The notes beneath the pieces were generated by a model. The model did no database searches, was not told where the DNA came from, and saw nothing but the letters and a program-made list of their open reading frames with translations. Positions 60,455 to 64,000 of a DNA stretch of 64,000 nucleotides are shown here, piece by piece. Every line of letters starts with the position of its first letter. Position 1 is the stretch's first letter. Origin of the DNA: Mobula hypostoma (taxonomy: Eukaryota); assembly GCF_963921235.1 (NCBI RefSeq), contig NC_086102.1, positions 44,020,001 through 44,084,000 on the forward strand, given 5' to 3'. Position numbers and translations under genes: made by a program.

Positions 60455-62280
60455 CAGGGGCGGCACTGAGGTGGTGCTAGCTGGAGCTATAGCCCCAGCA
60501 GAAATTGCAATAGCACCAGCGTAGCACCACCAAGAAATTAACTGAAACTTCACATACAAATTGCAGATTTTGAATACAGCTTGTTTCTCCAGTTGATCAA
60601 GTGAAACAGCGCCCCCAATTACCATAGCACCCACGCAGCAATAAAATTATAAACTCTATCAGATCCACTCTACACTTCTGCTTATTTGTTCGTTGTCAAT
60701 ATCTCGCCGTTGCTGCGTTCAGATCAGTTAAGCTGATCTAAGATCACTTAAGGTGGTGATGTCACTCACTCTCACTCACGCGTTGGTAGTATACATCCAN
60801 NNNNNNNNNNNNNNNNNNNNNNNNNNNNNNNNNNNNNNNNNNNNNNNNNNNNNNNNNNNNNNNNNNNNNNNNNNNNNNNNNNNNNNNNNNNNNNNNNNNN
60901 NNNNNNNNNNNNNNNNNNNNNNNNNNNNNNNNNNNNNNNNNNNNNNNNNNNNNNNNNNNNNNNNNNNNNNNNNNNNNNNNNNNNNNNNNNNNNNNNNNNN
61001 NNNNNNNCACGTGCATTATTTTGGCCGGTGTGAAATATGGATCGATTTTTAGTGAGAAAACGACCTCCTCCAGAGGAATCAGTGATGTCTCAGCCTGAGC
61101 ATATCTTAATTGAAAGTGACATGCAGAAAGTAGGGATGAAGACGACAGCAGTTCGTCGAAGGAGTGTGAGGGCGAAGCAGAGGAACAAGAAATGGAGCAG
61201 GATTCACAAGAGAACGTGGATGAAGCTGCTCTTACTGCTGGTGGGAATACTGTTAGCGATGTTAGCCAGCAGCCTGAGGAAGGACCCCGTCGGCCAGCAT
61301 TGAAAATAGTCATAGTCATACTTTATTGATCCCGAGGGAAGCACCGTTCGCTGCTCGCAACAGTTTGGCAATCAGCAAGGGAGTTTTATTTGTGGCTGGT
61401 TTGACTGACTGGAATATTCGAGCACGAAAGATACTACGTTTTGCTTCGCATGCAAGCATTACCTGTCTGGAGGACATGGGTTCTATTCTGAGTCTACCTT
61501 CACTGTCACCGGTTACCGCAACCGGCGGAAAGCTAGAACAGCTTTCAAAACCCACCATGTAAATGCTGCTCATAAGTTTGCTATGGAGGCACGGGCCGAA
61601 TTCAGATCGAGAAAACAAGCGGTTCAAGATTGGGACATTAGCTTGACAAAGGACATGCAAAGATTGTCCAAGAAAATCGTGAGTATATGAGAGCTGTGGC
61701 TGAGTCTCTAGCAAGGACAGACATTGATTGACACAGTGGAATTTCTAGCTCCAATGAGTCCCTACCGCGAAGCATTTATAGATTTATACAAATTGATCTG
61801 CATGTCACTGACTCTACCTGTGACATCTGCCTCGTGCAAACGGAGTTTCTCTTGCCTCAGACCGCTCAAAAACTACCTAAGGAATAACAGTGAAGATACT
61901 CAGAACAGCAACTTGGCCCTGTTGGCCATAAACAGGCAAAGGACCAAAGCACTTGAAATCCAGAAAATCATTGATACTTTCAGCACCAATCACAACAGAC
62001 AGATTGTGCTTCTCTGAAAACATCAATGGTGAGTGCAGTTGATTTTTTTTAAAAAATTCGGCCAAGACTAATGCTGATTATTATTATTATTTTGTGGTGG
62101 ATATCCCATAGTCCTTACGTTTCCTGAAAATCCTAAACTATTACATTTACTGCTATTAAGCCTACTGGTTTTGCTTAGACTTCCAAGCAGTGATTCTGTT
62201 GATTTTTGTTTTAAATTCATTAGCCGAATTTGGCAGTTTTGGCAGTTGGTCTGTGCAATCAAGTCAATCAAGATTTGAAT
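60455..62280 (+). mobile_element. hAT-superfamily transposon deletion derivative
   Basis: TTF-type zinc finger remnant (LEYSSTKDTTFCFACKH...H...H) and hAT dimerisation domain (LTLPVTSASCKRSFSCL...KNYLR). Probable left end CAGGGGCGG at 60455; right end not seen. Confidence 0.8.
60800..61007. other. Assembly gap (208 N)
   Basis: Run of N. Confidence 1.
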
Positions 62281-62329
62281 AGATCAGCAGAAAGCCGTTG
62301 ATTAGACAATCAAGATTTGAATAGCTCAG

Positions 62330-64000
62330 ACTCAGCAGAAAGCAGCTGATTGGGCAATCGAAGTCAGGTGACCAAGCATTTTGAAAAGCTCAGATAAATG
62401 GAGGGGTAGCTCAAGTGGAGCAGCCAGCCAGTGAGTGAGTGGGCCAGTGAAGGAGTGGAGCTTTGACTCGAGAGGCTTCCACGAGAAGAGGCGGAGGACA
62501 AGCTTGTTCCCAGTTATTCTTTACAATGTCTCCTGAGACGGTAATGTGCCTCTCATGTGAGATGTGGCAGTCTTTGGGGAACTCCTCTCTCCCGCAGAGT
62601 CACATCTGCCAGAAGTGCATACGGCTGGGCGATCTGGAAGACCGTGTAAGGAATCTGGAGCAGCACCTGGATGAACTTCGACTCATAAGGGAGAATGAGG
62701 CAGTCATAGATGAGAGCTACAGGGAGGTAGTCACACCTAGGCTGTCGGAAGCAGGTCGTTGGGTGACAGTCAGAGGGGGGAAAGCGAAGGTGAGCAGACA
62801 GGTAGTGCAGAGCACCACTGTAGCCATTCCCCTGAATAATAAGTTTACCATCCTGGATACTGTTGGTGGGAATGACCGACCAGGTGTGAGCCACGATGGC
62901 AGGGCCTCCGGCACTGAGTCTGAGCTGGTGGTGCAGAAGCGTGGGACGGAGAAGAGGAGAGCTGTTGTCATTGGAGATTCTATAGTCAGGGGAGCAGACA
63001 GATTTTGTGGACATGAGGAGGACACTCGCATGGTTTGTTGCCTCCCGGGTGCCAGGGTCCGGGATGTCTCTGACTAGGTGCACGACATCCTGGTACGAGA
63101 GGGAAAGCAACCAGAAGTCGTGATACATGTTGGGACCGATGACATAGGCAGGAAGAGGGATGAGGTCCTGAAGTGTGAGTTTCGGGAAATAGGCAGAAGG
63201 CTAACGAACAGGACCTCAAGGGTGGCATTCTCAGGATTGCTGCTAGGGCTACGTGACAATGATGGTAAGAATTGGAGGAGATGGCAGTTGAATGCATGGC
63301 TGAGGAGTTGGTGCAGGGAGCAGGATTTTAGATTTTTGGATCATTGGGATCTCTTCTGGGGAAGGTGGGACCTGTACAGATTGACTGGGTTACACCTGAA
63401 CTCAAGGGGGAGCAATATCCTAGTGGGTAGGTTCACTGGCATGGTTCGGGAGGGTTTAAACTAATTTGCAAGGGGGATGGGACCCAGAGCGATAGAGTAG
63501 TGGAAGAAGTGCATGGAGTAAAGCCACGTCTAATATATAGAGGGGCTTTGAGGAAAGAGAAGCAGAATAAACGGTGTAAAGGTAGTAAGGTAGAAAGGCT
63601 GAAGTGTGTGTACTTCAATGCAAGAAGCATCAGGAACAAAGGTGATGAATTGAGAGCTTGGATACATACATGGAAGTATGATGTAGTGGCCATTACAGAG
63701 ACTTGGCTGGTACCAGGGCAGGAATGGATTCTCAATATTCCTGGATTTCAGTGCTTTAAAAGGGATAGAGAGGGCAGAAAAAGGAGAGGAGGGGTGGCAT
63801 TACTGGTCAGGGATACTATTATAGCTACAGAAAGGGTGGGTAATGTAGCAGGATCCTCATTTGAGTCAGTATGGGTGGAAGTCAGGAACAGGAAGGGTGC
63901 AGTTACTCTGTTGGGGGTATTCTATAGGCCCCCTGGTAGCAGCAGAGATACAGAGGAGCAGATTGGGAGGCAGATTTTGGAAAGGTGCAAAAATAACAGG
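62330..64000 (+). mobile_element. CR1 LINE 5' part: ORF1 (zinc finger plus SGNH/GDSL esterase) and start of ORF2 APE; continues beyond the window
   Basis: ORF1 from 62526 has CLSC/CQKC, VIGDSIVRG and VIHVGTDD, with one TAG at 63075-63077. ORF2 reads YFNARSIRNKGDEL...AITETWL. Confidence 0.92.

Noticed and set aside
1-64000. CRISPR arrays, rRNA or tRNA genes
   Set aside because: This is eukaryotic DNA with no repeat-spacer arrays. tRNA-like sequence occurs only as degraded SINE heads.

Overview
This is vertebrate genomic DNA, most likely from a cartilaginous fish (ray or shark); this is inferred from its mix of CR1, Rex/Babar, L1, Penelope and V-SINE repeats. Most of the window is decayed transposable elements, with one assembly gap (60800-61007). 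Reading splice signals by hand recovers three immunoglobulin-superfamily genes, all on the minus strand. Gene A (59188 to about 49050) has a leader, one germline-joined VJ-type IgV exon with a GxGTxLTV J-like end, and a transmembrane exon carrying an Arg, so it resembles NKp30/NCR3 or CD28H receptors. Gene B (CpG-rich promoter near 40 kb, leader 26429-26381, IgV 23945-23604, IgC 20552-20283) is a B7-family, B7-H4/HHLA2-like ligand whose IgV lacks the canonical second cysteine; I found no transmembrane exon for it. Gene C (leader 307-259, V exon from 165 running off the window) is a diverged paralog of gene A that the ORF track misses. The main observation is a B7-type ligand gene lying between two VJ-type receptor genes. 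All family assignments come from motif recognition only; no database search was run.
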